Virus record (IMG/VR): IMGVR_UViG_3300020045_002994
Coordinates: 1-44,686 of that record
DNA from: a virus
Lineage: Duplodnaviria; Caudoviricetes
DNA: 44,686 nt
Strand: one strand, 5' to 3'
The position numbers were made by a program, and so were the translations under genes. Positions 43,812 through 44,686 of the stretch are shown piece after piece. How positions within the stretch are numbered: position 1 is the stretch's first letter; the number at the start of each line of letters is the position of its first letter. The notes under the pieces were generated by a model. It had not been told where the DNA came from and searched no databases. It was given only the letters and a program-made list of their open reading frames with translations.

Positions 43812-44686
43812 TTAGGGATTGGTTTTGGGTAGGACTTTAGATAAGGGAGACTGAGTTAACTCAGAAACTGGGAGATCATAAGAGGTAAGAGGGAAACTAG
43901 GTCCAGTTCGCTCTTCAAACATTCTTTGCACAGCACGAGCTTCTGCTTCTCCACCGATTCTTTGGTATTGGGCATAAGCATCAATTTGAACTTTATTGGC
44001 CACAGCCTGGGCATTTCTAGTGCGAAGATACATATCATAAGCTTCGTTATTCTTAGGATATTTTAATCCCATAGAAGCAGCTTTTTCAATTTCCGTAACT
44101 GGGACATTTAAATCTTTTGCTGCCTGCAACTTATACTCCAGTGCTGCACCTTTTACTTTATTCAATGCAGTAAAGAATTCAGACCTGCCTGGGAGAAATG
44201 CAATAACTGAGCCACCTCTGGAGAAACCTTCAATTGCTTGGATGGCATGCTGAGTTTCATGAAGAAGTGCAGACTGCAGTTTATCTGCAGAATTAAAAGT
44301 TCCCATACTGATATGAGAAACTTCTTCAGAAAAATTAGCTGCCCCAATTCCGGCACCGCCGCCGACAGTGAACTCTTTTAATTCTGGATATTTTTTATAA
44401 AGCTCTGGGTGATCTAAAACATCTGGAAGTTTATAATACTTTGTTGGATCCATACTCAAAACAGGAGTTTCTGGCCCAACTTGATTTAGTACCCTAGTAT
44501 TCCCTAACGGTGTACTACGGCTAATATTTTCAAACTTAAGCTTACTACTAGAATCATCAATTACCGCTTTTAAAGAATTATCCACTGGACCTTTATAAAT
44601 CCCAGTATATTTAAACACTTGCTCCGGGCTAGTTCCTGCTTTCAATGCAGCTTCAGCAACCTCAATCATCTTAGGACTCTTAAGAA
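43812..44686 (-). CDS. LPD23-like polyvalent-protein domain with HExxH metallopeptidase motif (3' part; starts at 452 across the junction)
   Basis: LPDVLDHPELYKKYPELK, LLHETQHAIQAIEGFSRGGS, YQRIGGEAEARAVQ. Confidence 0.75.
   Translation of the reverse strand, partial: LKSPKMIEVAEAALKAGTSPEQVFKYTGIYKGPVDNSLKAVIDDSSSKLKFENISRSTPLGNTRVLNQVGPETPVLSMDPTKYYKLPDVLDHPELYKKYPELKEFTVGGGAGIGAANFSEEVSHISMGTFNSADKLQSALLHETQHAIQAIEGFSRGGSVIAFLPGRSEFFTALNKVKGAALEYKLQAAKDLNVPVTEIEKAASMGLKYPKNNEAYDMYLRTRNAQAVANKVQIDAYAQYQRIGGEAEARAVQRMFEERTGPSFPLTSYDLPVSELTQSPLSKVLPKTNP
44566..44686. repeat. 121-bp terminal direct repeat (copy 2)
   Basis: Identical to 1-121. Confidence 0.95.

Noticed and set aside
136-44356. 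Many short antisense or nested ORFs in the six-frame track (e.g. 600..1028+, 2327..2716+, 10317..10691-, 25315..25830-, 39184..39531+)
   Set aside because: They lie inside well-supported genes, mostly against the local transcription direction, with no RBS or motifs; treated as shadow ORFs.

Overview
The window looks like a complete, circularly assembled genome of a lytic podovirus-like dsDNA phage of a Gram-negative host. Bases 1-121 are repeated exactly at 44566-44686, so the unit length is about 44,565 bp. There are two arms. The + strand arm (3156-21819) carries early and replication genes: RecD/Dda-like SF1 helicase, PD-(D/E)XK exonuclease, Sak4-like AAA ATPase, SSB-like protein, tRNA-Leu(TAA), family A DNA polymerase, DUF3987-type helicase, MazG-like pyrophosphatase and DEDDh exonuclease. 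The - strand arm carries morphogenesis genes: terminases, LPD23-like metallopeptidase, portal, scaffold, major capsid, tail and tailspike, ejection proteins and a fibre module. The arms converge on a bidirectional terminator at about 21832-21869 and diverge from a control region at about 2700-3155. I found no integrase, RNA polymerase, primase or endolysin. The most striking signal is a perfect sigma54 (-24/-12) promoter preceded by three helically phased TGACA boxes, which resembles a host pilA/PilR-type enhancer. It drives the first early gene, which appears to have a distant paralog under a sigma70 promoter. Family names come from motif recognition by eye, not from database searches.
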